Shown: positions 22,491-36,778 of the stretch, one piece after another
How the letters are laid out: the number at the start of each line of letters is the position of its first letter
Position numbering within the stretch: the stretch's first letter is position 1
The notes under the pieces: model-generated
What the model saw: only the letters and a program-made list of their open reading frames with translations
What the model was told of the DNA's origin: nothing
Databases searched by the model: none
Assembly (NCBI GenBank): GCA_031430645.1
Contig: JANPBY010000027.1
Location: forward strand, 3,985-67,984
Length of the DNA: 64,000 nt
Direction: 5' to 3'
Origin: Actinomycetes bacterium
Lineage (GTDB): Bacteria; Actinomycetota; Actinomycetes; DATJPE01
Translations under genes and position numbers: made by a program

Positions 22491-23425
22491 GACCCGAACC
22501 CTTCGCCATCAGACAGCCGCGCACCGCGCGCCCAGTCGGGGGCCGACATCGCCGGCTTGCCCTGCGGGCCGACTTCCCCAAGAAGCACCGGCGTCGATCC
22601 GGTCCCGACGACTACCGCCCGACGATCGACGTGCAGCACCCCGGACGGCAACCTCAAGGCCCCCAGCTCACCCGTGGCCACCCGGACTGGCCCGAGCTTG
22701 AGCCGCTCTCCGCGGACGGTCGTCCAAGCCCCCGGTGTCGGAGTGCAGGCCCGGATCAATCGGTCCACCCGCAGGGCAGGCGCTGCCCAGTCGACGCATG
22801 CGTCGTTCGTGGCGATCTTGGGCGCTGAGGTGGCTCCGCTGGCCGGCTGGGCCACCGGCTGCATCATCCCCTGCTCGATGCCGGCCAGAGACTGCACCAG
22901 AAGGTGAGCACCGCTATCAGCGAGGCGAGCCAGCAGTTGGCCCGCCGTGTCGTCGCGGCGGATCTCCTCGGTGACGTGCCCGAAGACCGGCCCGGTATCA
23001 AGACCTTCCTCCAGAAGGAAGGTCGTCGCTCCGGTGACCTCATCGCCGTTGAGAATCGCGTGCTGGACCGGCGCCGCGCCCCGCCAGGCCGGCAGCAACG
23101 AGAAGTGCAGGTTGACCCAGCCGTGGAGGGGGATGTCGAGCGCGACGCGCGGGATCAAGGCTCCGTACGCCACGACGGGACAGACGTCCGGGGCCAAATC
23201 GCGCAGGGTCTCGAGAAACGCGGGCTCGCTTGGGTGAACGGGCTTGAGGACAGGAATGCCGAGCTCGAGCGCGAGTGAGCCGACCGGGCTGGCCGCGCGG
23301 GTACGGCCACGTCCGGCACGAGCGTCGGGACGGGTGAGGACTGCGACCACGTCGTGCTCCGACTCCACGAGGGCGCGCAGTGAAGGCAGCGCAGGCCCAG
23401 GCGTCCCGGCGAACATGACCCTCAC
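22487..23425 (-). CDS. fmt: methionyl-tRNA formyltransferase
   Basis: 312 aa, [19 protein letters not shown]...[30 protein letters not shown], a canonical Fmt. Confidence 0.9.
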   Translation of the reverse strand: MRVMFAGTPGPALPSLRALVESEHDVVAVLTRPDARAGRGRTRAASPVGSLALELGIPVLKPVHPSEPAFLETLRDLAPDVCPVVAYGALIPRVALDIPLHGWVNLHFSLLPAWRGAAPVQHAILNGDEVTGATTFLLEEGLDTGPVFGHVTEEIRRDDTAGQLLARLADSGAHLLVQSLAGIEQGMMQPVAQPASGATSAPKIATNDACVDWAAPALRVDRLIRACTPTPGAWTTVRGERLKLGPVRVATGELGALRLPSGVLHVDRRAVVVGTGSTPVLLGEVGPQGKPAMSAPDWARGARLSDGEGFGS

Positions 23426-23426
23426 G

Positions 23427-23972
23427 TCAGAAGGCCAGACCGCCGGTGGGGTGCGGGCTCACCTTGACAAGGGCACCAGGCAGGCCCGACCACTCGGCCT
23501 CTCGGATCGCTTTGAGGGCGAGCTTGCGTTGCTCGCGATCAAGACGGTCCACGAACAAGATCCCGTCGAGATGGTCAGTCTCGTGCTGAATGCAGCGGGC
23601 CAGCAGGTCCGTGCCCTCGAGAACCACGGGTTCGCCGAACATGTCGAACCCGCGCGCCACAACTCCGAACGCACGCAAGCACGGGTAGGTGAGCCCGGGA
23701 ATCGATAGGCAACCCTCATCGCCTTCTTGTTCGTCATCGCTGAGTGTCAGGTCAGGATTGACCAGGTGGCCGACCTCTTCGTCAACCCAGTAGGTGAACA
23801 CCCGCAAACCCACACCGAGCTGCGGCGCCGCCAGCCCAACTCCCGGGGCATCCATCATGGTGTCTGTCAGGTCCCGGACCAGGCTGCGAAGTTCCTTGTC
23901 GAAGTCCACAACGGGGACAGCCGGTGTGCGCAGCACCGGGTCGCCGAACAGGCGGATCGGCTGGATGGCCAC
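23427..23972 (-). CDS. def: peptide deformylase
   Basis: Trimmed to the GTG start [16 protein letters not shown]. The three Def motifs are present ([26 protein letters not shown]). Confidence 0.9.
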   Translation of the reverse strand: MAIQPIRLFGDPVLRTPAVPVVDFDKELRSLVRDLTDTMMDAPGVGLAAPQLGVGLRVFTYWVDEEVGHLVNPDLTLSDDEQEGDEGCLSIPGLTYPCLRAFGVVARGFDMFGEPVVLEGTDLLARCIQHETDHLDGILFVDRLDREQRKLALKAIREAEWSGLPGALVKVSPHPTGGLAF

Positions 23973-24051
23973 GCAGGATGCTCCCGTCCGGGCTGGGTTC
24001 TTACGGTGCTCCAGTCTAGGCGGCAGACCAGGCCAGTCCTTGCGTGCCAGG

Positions 24052-26145
24052 TCAGCCGATGTCGGCGGGGTCCATGCGCACGCGCACCGGGTCGAGGGCC
24101 TTGCGGGCCGACCTCGCAGCCTGGGCAACTGCCAACGAGCGCGCCAATGCAGGGACGTCCCCCCGACCGACCCGGATCACGGCTCGGACGCGACCCTCGG
24201 CGCCTGCGACCGACGCACGCCGTCCGCGCCCGCCCCCACCCGGTGACTCCTCGAGCTGTGGACCCAATATCAGCGCTGCCTCTGGAAGCTCGGCGGCAGC
24301 CAGCAGGTCGGCTACTCCTGCAGGTGCACCAGAGATCTCGGCGAGACTGGTCACGGGAGGGAACCCAAGTTCACGACGGTCGGCCAACTCGCGATCCGCT
24401 GCACCCGAAGGATCCCAGCGCACGAGCGACTGGACTGCGCGGTGCCCCGCGTCGGCCATGACGACGACCCGGCCGCCCTCCGACCCGGGCCGCACCAGCG
24501 CAGCCGCGGCCAGCCAGCGGCGCAGCGTCTCCTCACTCGCGCGCAGGTCGGGTCGGTCAAGCAGCGCCCAGCCGTCAAGGAGCAAAGCAGCGACATAGCC
24601 ACCCTCGGCGACGGGTTCGGCACCGGGCGTCGAGATCACCAAAGCAGGCTCCGGACCGACCACGGCGAGTACGCCGTCACGCCCCGACGTCCGCACCGGC
24701 ACGCCCGGGAACGCTCGGCCGAGCTCTTCGGCCGTCCGGCCCGCGCCGACGACCTGGGCACGCAGCTTGTCGCCCTGACACTCACGGCACGTGAACCGAC
24801 CGGCTGGACGCCCGCACCATCGACAGTGCGGGACCGCGTGGCCAGATGCCAGCGCAACCGGCCCCGCGCAGGTTGGGCAGCGCGCAGGCGTGCGGCATGC
24901 GGCGCACGCCAACGACGGCACGTAGCCACGTCGCGGCACCTGCACCAGCACAGGGCCGGACGCGAGCGCTTTGTGGGCTGTGCGCCAGGCGAGCTGTGGC
25001 AGTCGGGCCGTACGAGCCGCCGGGTCGCGGCCGAGCTCGGAATCGTCGCCGGCTGGGCGCACGAGCGGGGCCAAGCCGCGCAGCGTGCCACGCGCCGGAG
25101 CGACGGCGTGAGCCAAGCCTTCGTCAATCATCAGGCGGCCCTCGGCGGTCATGGCGTGGCCCCCGACGAGTAGCGCCGAGCCCTCCGCTGCCGCGCGCAG
25201 ACGCAGGACTTCACGCACGTGCGGGTAGGGGGCATGGGGCTCGGCATGCAGGTCGTCACCGTCGTCCCAGACCACCGCTAGCCCGAGGTCGCGTACCGGA
25301 GCGAACTGGGCCGCCCGAGTACCCACGACGCACCGGACCGACCCGCGGCTCAGCGCAAGAAATCTGCGGTAGCGCTCAGCCGGGCCGAGGTCGGCCGTCA
25401 GCACAACGTGCTGGCCGGGACCGCACACCTCCGCGAGCGCGCCGGAAACTCGAGCCACGTCACGGGCGTCGGCCACGACCACGAGCGCCCCGCGGCCGGC
25501 GGCGAGGGCGGTCTGGGCCGCTGTGGCGACAGCTGTGGGCCAGGTCGGTCCGGGCAGCGCCGTCCAGACAGCTGCGGGTGCCTTGCCCGCGGAGATCGCA
25601 CGCAGGAACGCCGGTCCAGCCGGGTAATCGGCCCAAGGACCCGGACCTGGTGCGCCGGGCGGGAGCTGGGGCTCGGGTGAGGCTTTCGCTTCGGCCGCCG
25701 CGTGCCGTGGGGGTACGGCCAGCCTGAGCACGTCGGCTAGCACTCCCGCATAGTGGTCGGCCACAGCCCGGCCGACCGCGGCCACCTGAGGGGTCAGGAC
25801 GGGTTCCGGTGAGGTGGCTCGGGCCAGCCGGGCCAGGGCTCCGGCGTGGTCGCTATGGGAGATGCGTTCGGCGACAAAGCCGTCGACGAGTCGACCGGAA
25901 AAACGGACGCGCACGCGTGCCCCAGGCTGCGCGGCCTCGGACATTGCCGCGGGGACGGAGTAGTCGAACGTGCGGTCCAGGTGCGGGAGGGAGACATCGA
26001 CCACGACCCGGGCGACCGGGTCGCGCTCAGCGAGCGGCTCGACCGGCTTGGGACGCGCCGAGCGCACCCGCGCCCGGGCTTGTTGGACGAGCTCGAGTTG
26101 CTCCGGCGAAGTCACGCGAGGATCGTCGCAGGTATCCCCGACCAC
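24052..26145 (-). CDS. priA: primosomal protein N' (PriA)
   Basis: 697 aa with a Cys-rich zinc-binding insertion (CAACRTPARCPTCAGP...CRWCGRP...CRECQ). The overall PriA architecture is present. It is in the conserved position upstream of def. Confidence 0.8.
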   Translation of the reverse strand: MVGDTCDDPRVTSPEQLELVQQARARVRSARPKPVEPLAERDPVARVVVDVSLPHLDRTFDYSVPAAMSEAAQPGARVRVRFSGRLVDGFVAERISHSDHAGALARLARATSPEPVLTPQVAAVGRAVADHYAGVLADVLRLAVPPRHAAAEAKASPEPQLPPGAPGPGPWADYPAGPAFLRAISAGKAPAAVWTALPGPTWPTAVATAAQTALAAGRGALVVVADARDVARVSGALAEVCGPGQHVVLTADLGPAERYRRFLALSRGSVRCVVGTRAAQFAPVRDLGLAVVWDDGDDLHAEPHAPYPHVREVLRLRAAAEGSALLVGGHAMTAEGRLMIDEGLAHAVAPARGTLRGLAPLVRPAGDDSELGRDPAARTARLPQLAWRTAHKALASGPVLVQVPRRGYVPSLACAACRTPARCPTCAGPVALASGHAVPHCRWCGRPAGRFTCRECQGDKLRAQVVGAGRTAEELGRAFPGVPVRTSGRDGVLAVVGPEPALVISTPGAEPVAEGGYVAALLLDGWALLDRPDLRASEETLRRWLAAAALVRPGSEGGRVVVMADAGHRAVQSLVRWDPSGAADRELADRRELGFPPVTSLAEISGAPAGVADLLAAAELPEAALILGPQLEESPGGGGRGRRASVAGAEGRVRAVIRVGRGDVPALARSLAVAQAARSARKALDPVRVRMDPADIG

Positions 26146-26160
26146 TCCGCGCCCCCCGCG

Positions 26161-26316
26161 ACTTCACGCGCGACACGCCGTGCTGACGTCTGGTTCACCA
26201 CGCTCAGCGGCCCCCACTTCGCGCGTGGAGACAACCGACTGCTGCACTTCACGCGCGAAATGCGCCTGCCTACGCGTGGTAGATCACAGGCGAGGACGGC
26301 GTGTCGCGCGTGAAGT
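26161..26316. repeat. array of a 13-mer motif ACTTCACGCGCGA in the priA upstream / metK downstream spacer
   Basis: There are two direct copies (about 26161-26173 and 26247-26259) and one inverted copy TCGCGCGTGAAGT (about 26304-26316). A degenerate copy ACTTCGCGCGTGGA lies at about 26216-26229 and a related GAAGTCACGCGAG at about 26107-26119, inside the priA 5' end. Confidence 0.5.
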
Positions 26317-26328
26317 TGTGGCGGGCGG

Positions 26329-27522
26329 TCAGGAGCCGGCGGCGGCCTTGAGTGCGTCGATGCGGTCGGTGCGCTCCCAGGTGAAATCGGGCAGCTCCCT
26401 GCCGAAGTGCCCGTACGCCGCCGTCTGTGCGTAGATCGGCCGGAGCAGGTCCAAGTCGCCGATGATGGCCGCTGGACGCAGGTCGAAGACCTCGGTAATC
26501 GCCGACTGAATCTGGGTGTCGGGGACGACGCCGGTGCCGAAGGTCTCGACGAACAACCCCACGGGATGCGCCTTACCGATGGCGTAGGCCACCTGAACCT
26601 CACACCTACGGGCGAGCCCAGCCGCGACGACGTGCTTAGCGACCCAGCGCATGGCATAGGCCGCCGAGCGGTCCACCTTGGACGGATCCTTGCCGGAGAA
26701 CGCGCCACCGCCGTGGCGGGCCATTCCGCCATAGGTGTCGACGATGATCTTGCGACCGGTCAGGCCGGCGTCACCCATCGGCCCGCCGATCTCGAAGCGC
26801 CCGGTCGGGTTCACCAGCAGCGTGTAGCCCGCCGTATCGATACCCAGCGCCGCGAGTTCCGGCTCAACGACGAATTCTTGTACGTCAGGAGCCAACAGCG
26901 TGGCCAAGTCGATGTCACCTGCGTGCTGGCTGGACACGACGACGGTGTCGAGCCGAACGGCTCGGTCGCCGTCGTACTCAATCGTGACCTGGGTCTTGCC
27001 GTCGGGGCGCAGGTAGGGGATCACCCCGGACTTGCGGACCTCGGACAGTCGGAGGGCCAGCCTGTGCGCGAGGTGAATGGGGAGAGGCATCAACTCTGCG
27101 GTGTCGTCGCAGGCGTAGCCGAACATCAGTCCCTGGTCGCCCGCGCCCTGCCTGTCCAAAGGATCCACCGAGTGACCCTCACGCTCCTCATAGGCGTCAT
27201 CGACGCCTTGGGCGATGTCCGGCGACTGGGCGCCGATCGACACCTGCACGCCGCACGACAGGCCGTCAAAACCCTTCTTGGATGAGTCGTAGCCGATCTC
27301 CAGGATCTTCTCCCGCACGATCGTGGGAATGTCCGCCCACCCTGAAGTGGTCACCTCACCGGCCACGTGAACCATGCCGGTGGTCACGAGCGTCTCGACG
27401 GCGACCCGACTCTTCGGGTCTTCTTTGAGAAGCGCGTCCAGGATCGAGTCGCTGATCTGGTCAGCGATCTTGTCGGGGTGTCCCTCGGTAACTGACTCCG
27501 AGGTGAAAAGGCGACGCGACAA
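26329..27522 (-). CDS. metK: S-adenosylmethionine synthase
   Basis: 397 aa, [25 protein letters not shown]...[19 protein letters not shown], a canonical MetK. Confidence 0.95.
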   Translation of the reverse strand: MSRRLFTSESVTEGHPDKIADQISDSILDALLKEDPKSRVAVETLVTTGMVHVAGEVTTSGWADIPTIVREKILEIGYDSSKKGFDGLSCGVQVSIGAQSPDIAQGVDDAYEEREGHSVDPLDRQGAGDQGLMFGYACDDTAELMPLPIHLAHRLALRLSEVRKSGVIPYLRPDGKTQVTIEYDGDRAVRLDTVVVSSQHAGDIDLATLLAPDVQEFVVEPELAALGIDTAGYTLLVNPTGRFEIGGPMGDAGLTGRKIIVDTYGGMARHGGGAFSGKDPSKVDRSAAYAMRWVAKHVVAAGLARRCEVQVAYAIGKAHPVGLFVETFGTGVVPDTQIQSAITEVFDLRPAAIIGDLDLLRPIYAQTAAYGHFGRELPDFTWERTDRIDALKAAAGS

Positions 27523-27604
27523 CAGAAGCTCCTACGACGGCGGGACGAGATCAACGGCTGAGCTCGAGAGAGCCACAGACAGCGCGAGTCTACCCGGCTC
27601 GGAG

Positions 27605-28831
27605 TTAGGGCCTGGGCAGTCGTTCGACGACGAGGTCCCACACCACGTCGGCCAACGCTTCCTTGGTCCCGAGGCGAACCTCGGTCGCCGACCCGTCGAG
27701 GCCGAGTACGACGCCAGCATTGTCAGCAACCTCAAAGCCGCGACCAGCGCCCACCTCATTGACCACGAGCAGGTCACAGCCCTTGCGCGCCAGCTTGGCC
27801 CGGCCGTGAGCGAGTACGTCGCCGGCAGAGTCCCCGGTCTCGGCAGCAAAGCCGACGATCACCTGACCAGGGGTCTTGATCGCCACCACGCCAGCAAGAA
27901 CATCCGCAGTCTGCTCCACGACGATGGGGGCCAGACCCCCAGAGCTGGCGTGCGTCTTGATCTTCGACTCGTTGACACCGACCGGCCGGAAATCGGCAAC
28001 TGCCGCAGCCATGACCACGACGTCCGCGGAGCCCGCCGCCACGAGCACTGCGGATTCGAGCTCGGCCGCGCTCCCAACCCGGACAACCATCGCGCCAGCA
28101 GGGTCGTCGAAGGCCACATTGGCAGCGATCAGCGTGACGCGCGCACCGCGCGCGGCGGCCGTACGGGCCAAGGCCCAACCCTGACGTCCGCTACTCCGGT
28201 TGCCCAGGAAACGCACGGGATCCAGGGGTTCGCGGGTCCCGCCGGCCGAGATCACGACATGCCGGCCCAACAGATCGGGTGTGGTGAGACCGGCGGCTCC
28301 CCGGTCCAGGACGCGACGGGCAACCTCGACGATTTCCGCGGCTTCGGGCAACCGTCCCACCCCAGAATCAGCGCCCGTCAGCCGACCAACCGCCGGGTCG
28401 AGGACCACGACGCCGCGCGCTCGCAAGGTCTCCACATTGGCCCTGGTCGCCGCGTGCTCCCACATCTCGGTGTGCATGGCGGGGGCGAGCACCACTGGGC
28501 AGCGAGCCGTCAGCAGGGTTGCCGCCAGCAGGTCGTCCGCGCGACCGTGCACCGCCCGAGCCATCAGGTCAGCTGTGGCGGGAACGACGAGGACGAGGTC
28601 TGCCTCCTGCCCAAGGCGCACGTGCGGGACGCGCGCAACATCGGTCCACACGTCCGTGGCCACCGGGTGGCCTGAGAGCGCCTCCCAGGTGGCTGCACCC
28701 ACGAAGTTCAGCGCCGCCTCGGTAGGCACCACCGTCACCAGATGGCCGAGCTCGGTGAGCCGCCGCAGGACTTCGCAGGCTTTGTACGCAGCAATGCCCC
28801 CGCTGACGCCGAGAACGACGCGCGAGGGCAT
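27605..28831 (-). CDS. coaBC: bifunctional phosphopantothenoylcysteine decarboxylase / phosphopantothenate--cysteine ligase
   Basis: 408 aa. An N-terminal flavoprotein domain (VLGVSGGIAAYKA) is followed by a C-terminal CoaB ligase domain. Confidence 0.9.
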   Translation of the reverse strand: MPSRVVLGVSGGIAAYKACEVLRRLTELGHLVTVVPTEAALNFVGAATWEALSGHPVATDVWTDVARVPHVRLGQEADLVLVVPATADLMARAVHGRADDLLAATLLTARCPVVLAPAMHTEMWEHAATRANVETLRARGVVVLDPAVGRLTGADSGVGRLPEAAEIVEVARRVLDRGAAGLTTPDLLGRHVVISAGGTREPLDPVRFLGNRSSGRQGWALARTAAARGARVTLIAANVAFDDPAGAMVVRVGSAAELESAVLVAAGSADVVVMAAAVADFRPVGVNESKIKTHASSGGLAPIVVEQTADVLAGVVAIKTPGQVIVGFAAETGDSAGDVLAHGRAKLARKGCDLLVVNEVGAGRGFEVADNAGVVLGLDGSATEVRLGTKEALADVVWDLVVERLPRP

Positions 28832-28868
28832 GGCTAGAGGAGCTCGGTCAACTCAGTCTTTGGCACAT

Positions 28869-29144
28869 TCAGTCTTCGGGTGGGGTCTCGACGTGCTCGA
28901 GGGTCAGCAGACCTGCGTTGATCTCGCGTAGGGCGACGGCAAGCGGCTTCTCCTGGACGTGGGTGTCCACGAGCGGGCCGACGTACTCGAGCAGGCCCTC
29001 GCTGAGCTGGCTGTAGTAGGCGTTGATCTGGCGCGCGCGCTTGGCGGCGTAGAGAACCAGCCCGTACTTGTTGTCGACAGCCTCGAGCAACTCATCGATC
29101 GGCGGGTTGGTGATGCCTTCAGGGGCAGCGACGGTGCCGGACAC
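28869..29144 (-). CDS. rpoZ: DNA-directed RNA polymerase subunit omega
   Basis: 91 aa. [29 protein letters not shown] matches the RpoZ core. Confidence 0.9.
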   Translation of the reverse strand: MSGTVAAPEGITNPPIDELLEAVDNKYGLVLYAAKRARQINAYYSQLSEGLLEYVGPLVDTHVQEKPLAVALREINAGLLTLEHVETPPED

Positions 29145-29191
29145 GCGGGACCTCTCGGTTCAGGGTCAGGATCCCGACCACGCAGGCGCGC

Positions 29192-29866
29192 TCAATCGAG
29201 CACAGCGGGTGGATCGGGGGTTATACCCATTAAGGCTACCAGTTGGGCACAGACGTCCTCGACGTCGACGTTGACCAGCGAAGCGTCGAACTCGCTCTCG
29301 GCCGCCAACTCGATCCGGGCGACGTCGAGTCGCCGAGCGATCACGTCGGGTTCCTCCGTCCCGCGGCCGACCAATCGCTCGACCAGGGCCTCCCAGGACG
29401 GGGGCTTGAGGAAGACCAGGAGCGCGTCCGGCATGGCCAAGCGCACCTGCCGGGCACCGTTGAGCTCGATCTCCAGAACAACCGGTGAACCCGCCCGCAG
29501 GTGCTCCTCAACCGCGGCTCGGGGAGTCCCATAGGAATAGCCGGCGAAGGACGCCCACTCCAGCAGCTCGTGACGGGCGACCATCTGCGCGAACTCCTCG
29601 GCGCTGACGAAGAAGTAGTGCACGCCGTCCACCTCGCCGGGCCGTGGAGGACGCGTCGTCGCCGACACCGACGGCCAGACCTCGGGATGGGTGGCCCGCA
29701 GGTAGGCCACGACCGTGCTCTTCCCGACGCCCGAGGGACCGGACAAGACGGTCAGCCGGGAGCGGGCGGGCTCAGCAGCCAACGGGTCGTCAGCCAACCC
29801 CGAACTCGCGTTCGAGGGCAGCCACCTGGTTAACCCCGAGACCCCGAACCCGTCGGGTCGGGGCAA
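29192..29866 (-). CDS. gmk: guanylate kinase
   Basis: P-loop [11 protein letters not shown] plus a GMP-binding region. The first ATG (29866) overlaps mihF by 77 nt. A TTG start straddling the mihF stop (about 29794) is the more likely start. Confidence 0.85.
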   Translation of the reverse strand: MPRPDGFGVSGLTRWLPSNASSGLADDPLAAEPARSRLTVLSGPSGVGKSTVVAYLRATHPEVWPSVSATTRPPRPGEVDGVHYFFVSAEEFAQMVARHELLEWASFAGYSYGTPRAAVEEHLRAGSPVVLEIELNGARQVRLAMPDALLVFLKPPSWEALVERLVGRGTEEPDVIARRLDVARIELAAESEFDASLVNVDVEDVCAQLVALMGITPDPPAVLD

Positions 29867-30107
29867 TCTGCAGCCGCTCCATGATCTGCTGGGCCCGGAC
29901 CTTGCCGATCCCCGGCATCGACTCGAGCAAGGCCGAAACCCGCATCTTGCCGATGACGTCGTTGGTCTGACTCGCGCGGACGACCTCGCTCAGCGACGCA
30001 CCGGAGTGCTTGAGGCGGTTCTTCACCTCGGCCCGCTCGCGCCGAGCGGCTGCCGCCTTGTCGAGTGCGGCAGCGCGCTGCTCAGGGGTGAGGGTTGGAA
30101 GAGCCAC
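29790..30107 (-). CDS. mihF: integration host factor MihF (actinobacterial IHF)
   Basis: 105 aa, [33 protein letters not shown]...[16 protein letters not shown]. It has the mIHF helix-hairpin-helix signature. Confidence 0.85.
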   Translation of the reverse strand: MALPTLTPEQRAAALDKAAAARRERAEVKNRLKHSGASLSEVVRASQTNDVIGKMRVSALLESMPGIGKVRAQQIMERLQIAPTRRVRGLGVNQVAALEREFGVG

Positions 30108-30302
30108 CAGTACTCGCTCTCGACGGGGTCGGGCCGTCGCGGCCCTGCGGAGGTATCAGACGCCACCGGAACCTATCCGTACCGGTTGACCTGCGGCAAC
30201 GCACCCCTGGGGACAGCAAGTTCCCCCGCGCCGCGTTGTGGGCGACGCCCAGAACTCCGGAATAGTCCGCGCACCCACGGTCCGGGGTGGCGGGCTCGGT
30301 GG

Positions 30303-30710
30303 CTAGCCGGTGGCGAGGCGCTGTCGCATCGCGACCTGGAGCTGGGTGGCCACGTCCGGCCGGCTCATCTCCAACTCACGGAACGCCGTACCGAACATCG
30401 TCCAGACGGTGACGGGCTCGGTCGCCGTGACTGACGCCGTTCGTCGACCCTCGCCGATGATCGCGATCTCGCCGAAGAAGTCGCCCGCACCGAGCGTGCG
30501 CAACTCCTCGCCCTCGCGGGTCACCGAAACTTTGCCCTGGTCGATGACATAAAACGCGTATCCGGAGCGACCCTCGGTGACGAGATCTCGACCAGCGGCG
30601 TACTCCTCCACGTCGAAGCGCTGGGCAAGCACCTCCGCAACATCCATCGACAGCTCGGCGAACAGCGGAACACGCAGCAGGTCTTCGGCGGTGGGGTGGT
30701 TCATGAACAT
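30303..30710 (-). CDS. stand-alone cyclic-nucleotide-binding (cNMP) domain protein
   Basis: 135 aa consisting only of a CAP-family effector domain (FGEIAIIGEGRRTASVTATEPVTVW) with no DNA-binding or catalytic domain. Confidence 0.7.
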   Translation of the reverse strand: MFMNHPTAEDLLRVPLFAELSMDVAEVLAQRFDVEEYAAGRDLVTEGRSGYAFYVIDQGKVSVTREGEELRTLGAGDFFGEIAIIGEGRRTASVTATEPVTVWTMFGTAFRELEMSRPDVATQLQVAMRQRLATG

Positions 30711-30893
30711 CCCTGGGTATGAGTTGGTGTTGGGCAGATCCTGCTACCCAAGGGGCCTGACGCGCTCCGCAAGACGCGGCTTACCACGGGAGTTCACCGA
30801 AGGTTCACCGCGACGCCGTCCTCGCGCCGCCCAACGACGCCACAGCCGTCCCCCGGGCCGGGCCGAGCGTGACGTACGGGCGGGAACGTGGGG

Positions 30894-31595
30894 TCAGTGA
30901 GCGGCGGAGACCTGGAGCGCGGCAGCGATCGCGGCGGCGGCTGCTCCGGGGTCGGCCGCACCGGTGATCGGCCGGCCGATCACGAGTAGATCGGCGCCGT
31001 CGGCAAGAGCTTGCTCGGGCGTCGCCACCCTGGCCTGGTCACCTAGGTCTCCCCCGGCCGGGCGTACGCCCGGTGTAATCAGCGTGATGCCCGAGCCGAC
31101 CTCAGCCCGGACGGCAGAAACTTCGTGGGGCGAACAGACCAAGGCCCGCGCCCCAGCCCCGACGGCGAGCAAGGCGAGGCGACGCACCGCATCAAGGGCT
31201 GGTCCGCGCAGCCCGACCGCATCGAGGTCCTCGGTCGACATCGAGGTGAGGACCGTGACCCCAGCAACGCGGGTGTCCGGCAGCGCCTCGACGGCCGCTC
31301 GCACCATCGCGGCGCCCCCCGAGGCGTGCACCGTGAGATACGTCGGCGCGAGGTCGGCTACCGACCGCGCGGCTCCAGCCACGGTATGGGGAATGTCGTG
31401 CAGCTTGAGATCAAGAAATACCTCCCGGCCGCCGCTCGCTTCACGAGCCCCGTCGACGGCAGCACCGCCGTAACGCAGGAAAAGCTCGAGCCCAACCTTG
31501 ACCGTCGTCACCGAGGGGCCAGCGGCGTGCGCCCATCCCAGAGCCGTCGCTAGATCGGGCGCGTCGAGGGCGACCGCGATCGGTGCCGGCATCAC
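30894..31595 (-). CDS. pyrF: orotidine 5'-phosphate decarboxylase
   Basis: 233 aa, [10 protein letters not shown]...[13 protein letters not shown]...ITPGVR, a canonical PyrF. Confidence 0.9.
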   Translation of the reverse strand: MMPAPIAVALDAPDLATALGWAHAAGPSVTTVKVGLELFLRYGGAAVDGAREASGGREVFLDLKLHDIPHTVAGAARSVADLAPTYLTVHASGGAAMVRAAVEALPDTRVAGVTVLTSMSTEDLDAVGLRGPALDAVRRLALLAVGAGARALVCSPHEVSAVRAEVGSGITLITPGVRPAGGDLGDQARVATPEQALADGADLLVIGRPITGAADPGAAAAAIAAALQVSAAH

Positions 31596-32584
31596 CCCTC
31601 GGTCCCCGCCGATTCGGCGGCGTCATCGCCTGTTGGAGCGGCCGCAACCGCTGATCCGGGTACGACCTCCGCGGCACGGTGGGCATACCCAACCGCATCG
31701 GCGAGCCGGGTGAACCCACGTTCTGCCAGCGCTTCGTCGAGCTCGTGAGAGACCCGAGCCGGTGCCGAGGGGTCGTTGAAGACAACAGTGCCGACGGACA
31801 CGGCTGAGGCTCCCGCCAGGATGAACTCCAACGCATCCAACCCGGTGCGGATGCCACCCATGCCAAGAATCGGCACGTCGGGCATCTCCGCGTGCACCTG
31901 CCAGACGCAACGCACAGCCACCGGGCGAATCGCTGGTCCGGACAGCCCACCGGTCACCCCGGCGAGCGTCGGGCGCATCGTCACGGGGTCAATCACCATG
32001 CCGAGCAGGGTGTTGATCAGCGAGAGGCCGTCAGCACCTGCATCCACGACCGACCGGGCCACGGCCACGATGTCGGTGACGTCGGGAGACAGCTTCGCGA
32101 GGACCGGAATCGCCGTCTGAGTGGCCCGACGTACGGCGTGGACCACGGCCGCGGCCGCAGCCGGGTCGCACGCGAAGACCTGCCCACGGTCCTCGACGTT
32201 GGGGCACGAGATGTTGACCTCGATCGCGGAGATCCCGTCCACGGCCCGGAGCCGGGTGGCCAGCCTGATGTATTCGTCGACACTCCCCCCGGCGATCGAA
32301 ACGACCGCGCGGGCCCCTCGTTGCCGCAGCCAGGCCAGGTCTTTCTCGACGAAGGCGTCGACGCCCGGACCTTGGAGACCGATCGAGTTGAGCATGCCGC
32401 TGGGGGTCTCAGCCATCCGAGGAGTCGCCCGACCCGAGCGCGGCTTCAGCATGATCGACTTCGTGACGACCGCACCAATCGCGCTCAGATCGACGAACGG
32501 ATCGAGTTCACGCCCGGCGGCTGCGCAGCCGGATGCGGTCAGGACCGGGTCGGGCAGCACGAAGGATCCGAGGCTCGTGCTCAT
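31592..32584 (-). CDS. pyrD: dihydroorotate dehydrogenase 1B, catalytic subunit
   Basis: Trimmed to [20 protein letters not shown], which aligns with the PyrD 1B N-terminus. The FMN-binding motifs are present ([18 protein letters not shown]). The ORF track extends to 32668 in frame. Confidence 0.85.
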   Translation of the reverse strand: MSTSLGSFVLPDPVLTASGCAAAGRELDPFVDLSAIGAVVTKSIMLKPRSGRATPRMAETPSGMLNSIGLQGPGVDAFVEKDLAWLRQRGARAVVSIAGGSVDEYIRLATRLRAVDGISAIEVNISCPNVEDRGQVFACDPAAAAAVVHAVRRATQTAIPVLAKLSPDVTDIVAVARSVVDAGADGLSLINTLLGMVIDPVTMRPTLAGVTGGLSGPAIRPVAVRCVWQVHAEMPDVPILGMGGIRTGLDALEFILAGASAVSVGTVVFNDPSAPARVSHELDEALAERGFTRLADAVGYAHRAAEVVPGSAVAAAPTGDDAAESAGTEG

Positions 32585-32645
32585 GTCGACCTCTGGGAGC
32601 GTCCGAGTCAATTCCGGAGCCGTGGTGATGCGCATGCGCGTCATG

Positions 32646-33499
32646 TCAGTGCCCCCCAACAGGTGCACCGATGGCGTCAGCGGGCACGGTGCCTAGCGCG
32701 TCCCAACGAACCGAGTCACCGTTGAAGACCGGTCCCTCGACGCAGGAACGCACCATCCTGGTCGATCCGTCCTCGCCGATCACCGGCAGCACACACGTCA
32801 TGCAGACCCCGATTCCGCAGGCCATCGATTCCTCGACCGCGACCTGGCTGTGCGCGCCATAAGCCCGCGCAATGTCGGCGACTGCCCTGAGCATGCCCAT
32901 CGGTCCGCAGGCATAGACGACGTCAGATTCGTTGCGCTGCAATAAACCCGGCAGTACGTCAGAGATCCGACCACGCTCCCCCACTGAGCCGTCCTCGGTG
33001 GTGATCGCTACGGACTGCGACATCCGCTTGGCCTCCAGCGCACCAAAAAGTTTGGCCTCAGTGGCGGCGCCGATCACGAAATCGACGCGGCACCCGCGCG
33101 AACGCAGCTGCTCGGCGAGTGAGAACAGGGGTGCCGAGCCGTAGCCGCCTCCGACCAGTGTGGTGCTCACTGTTTCCTTCGGCAGAGCGAAGGGGCGCCC
33201 GACCGGACCGACCACATCGACCGGGTCATGAGGCTGGAGCTTGGACATCCACTGGGTTCCAGCGCCGTGAGCAGCAAAGATAATCTCGACGGTACCGCCG
33301 TAGACTCCGCGCTCCTGGACCCGGTAGATCGAGAAAGCCCGGCGGAGCAACGTGGCGCTGCCTGGACCACCCACTGCCAGGGCGACGAAGTGCCCGGGAC
33401 GCGCCTGTTCGGCGACACCAGGAGCCACGAGCGTAAGCGCGAAGTAGTCCCCGACGCGGCGCATCGACAGGACCTCACCCTTGACCTGAACCGGTGGCA

Positions 33500-33500
<1 letters not shown>
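32646..33500 (-). CDS. pyrK: dihydroorotate dehydrogenase electron-transfer subunit
   Basis: An FAD/NAD-binding ferredoxin-reductase fold plus a C-terminal 2Fe-2S cysteine cluster (CGIGVCMTCV...C). The start is trimmed to MPPVQVKG, which overlaps the carB stop. Confidence 0.85.

Positions 33501-36777
<3,277 letters not shown>

Positions 36778-36778
<1 letters not shown>

Noticed and set aside
24846-25727. 293-aa plus ORF inside priA, along with several other 150-250-aa antisense ORFs in priA, gltB, carB and the HK
   Set aside because: They are Arg-rich antisense artefacts. The sense frames have strong homology.
27523-27604. Possible SAM riboswitch upstream of metK
   Set aside because: The leader is only about 82 nt, too short for a SAM-I or SAM-IV aptamer (about 100-120 nt), and no conserved SAM-box blocks were recognised.
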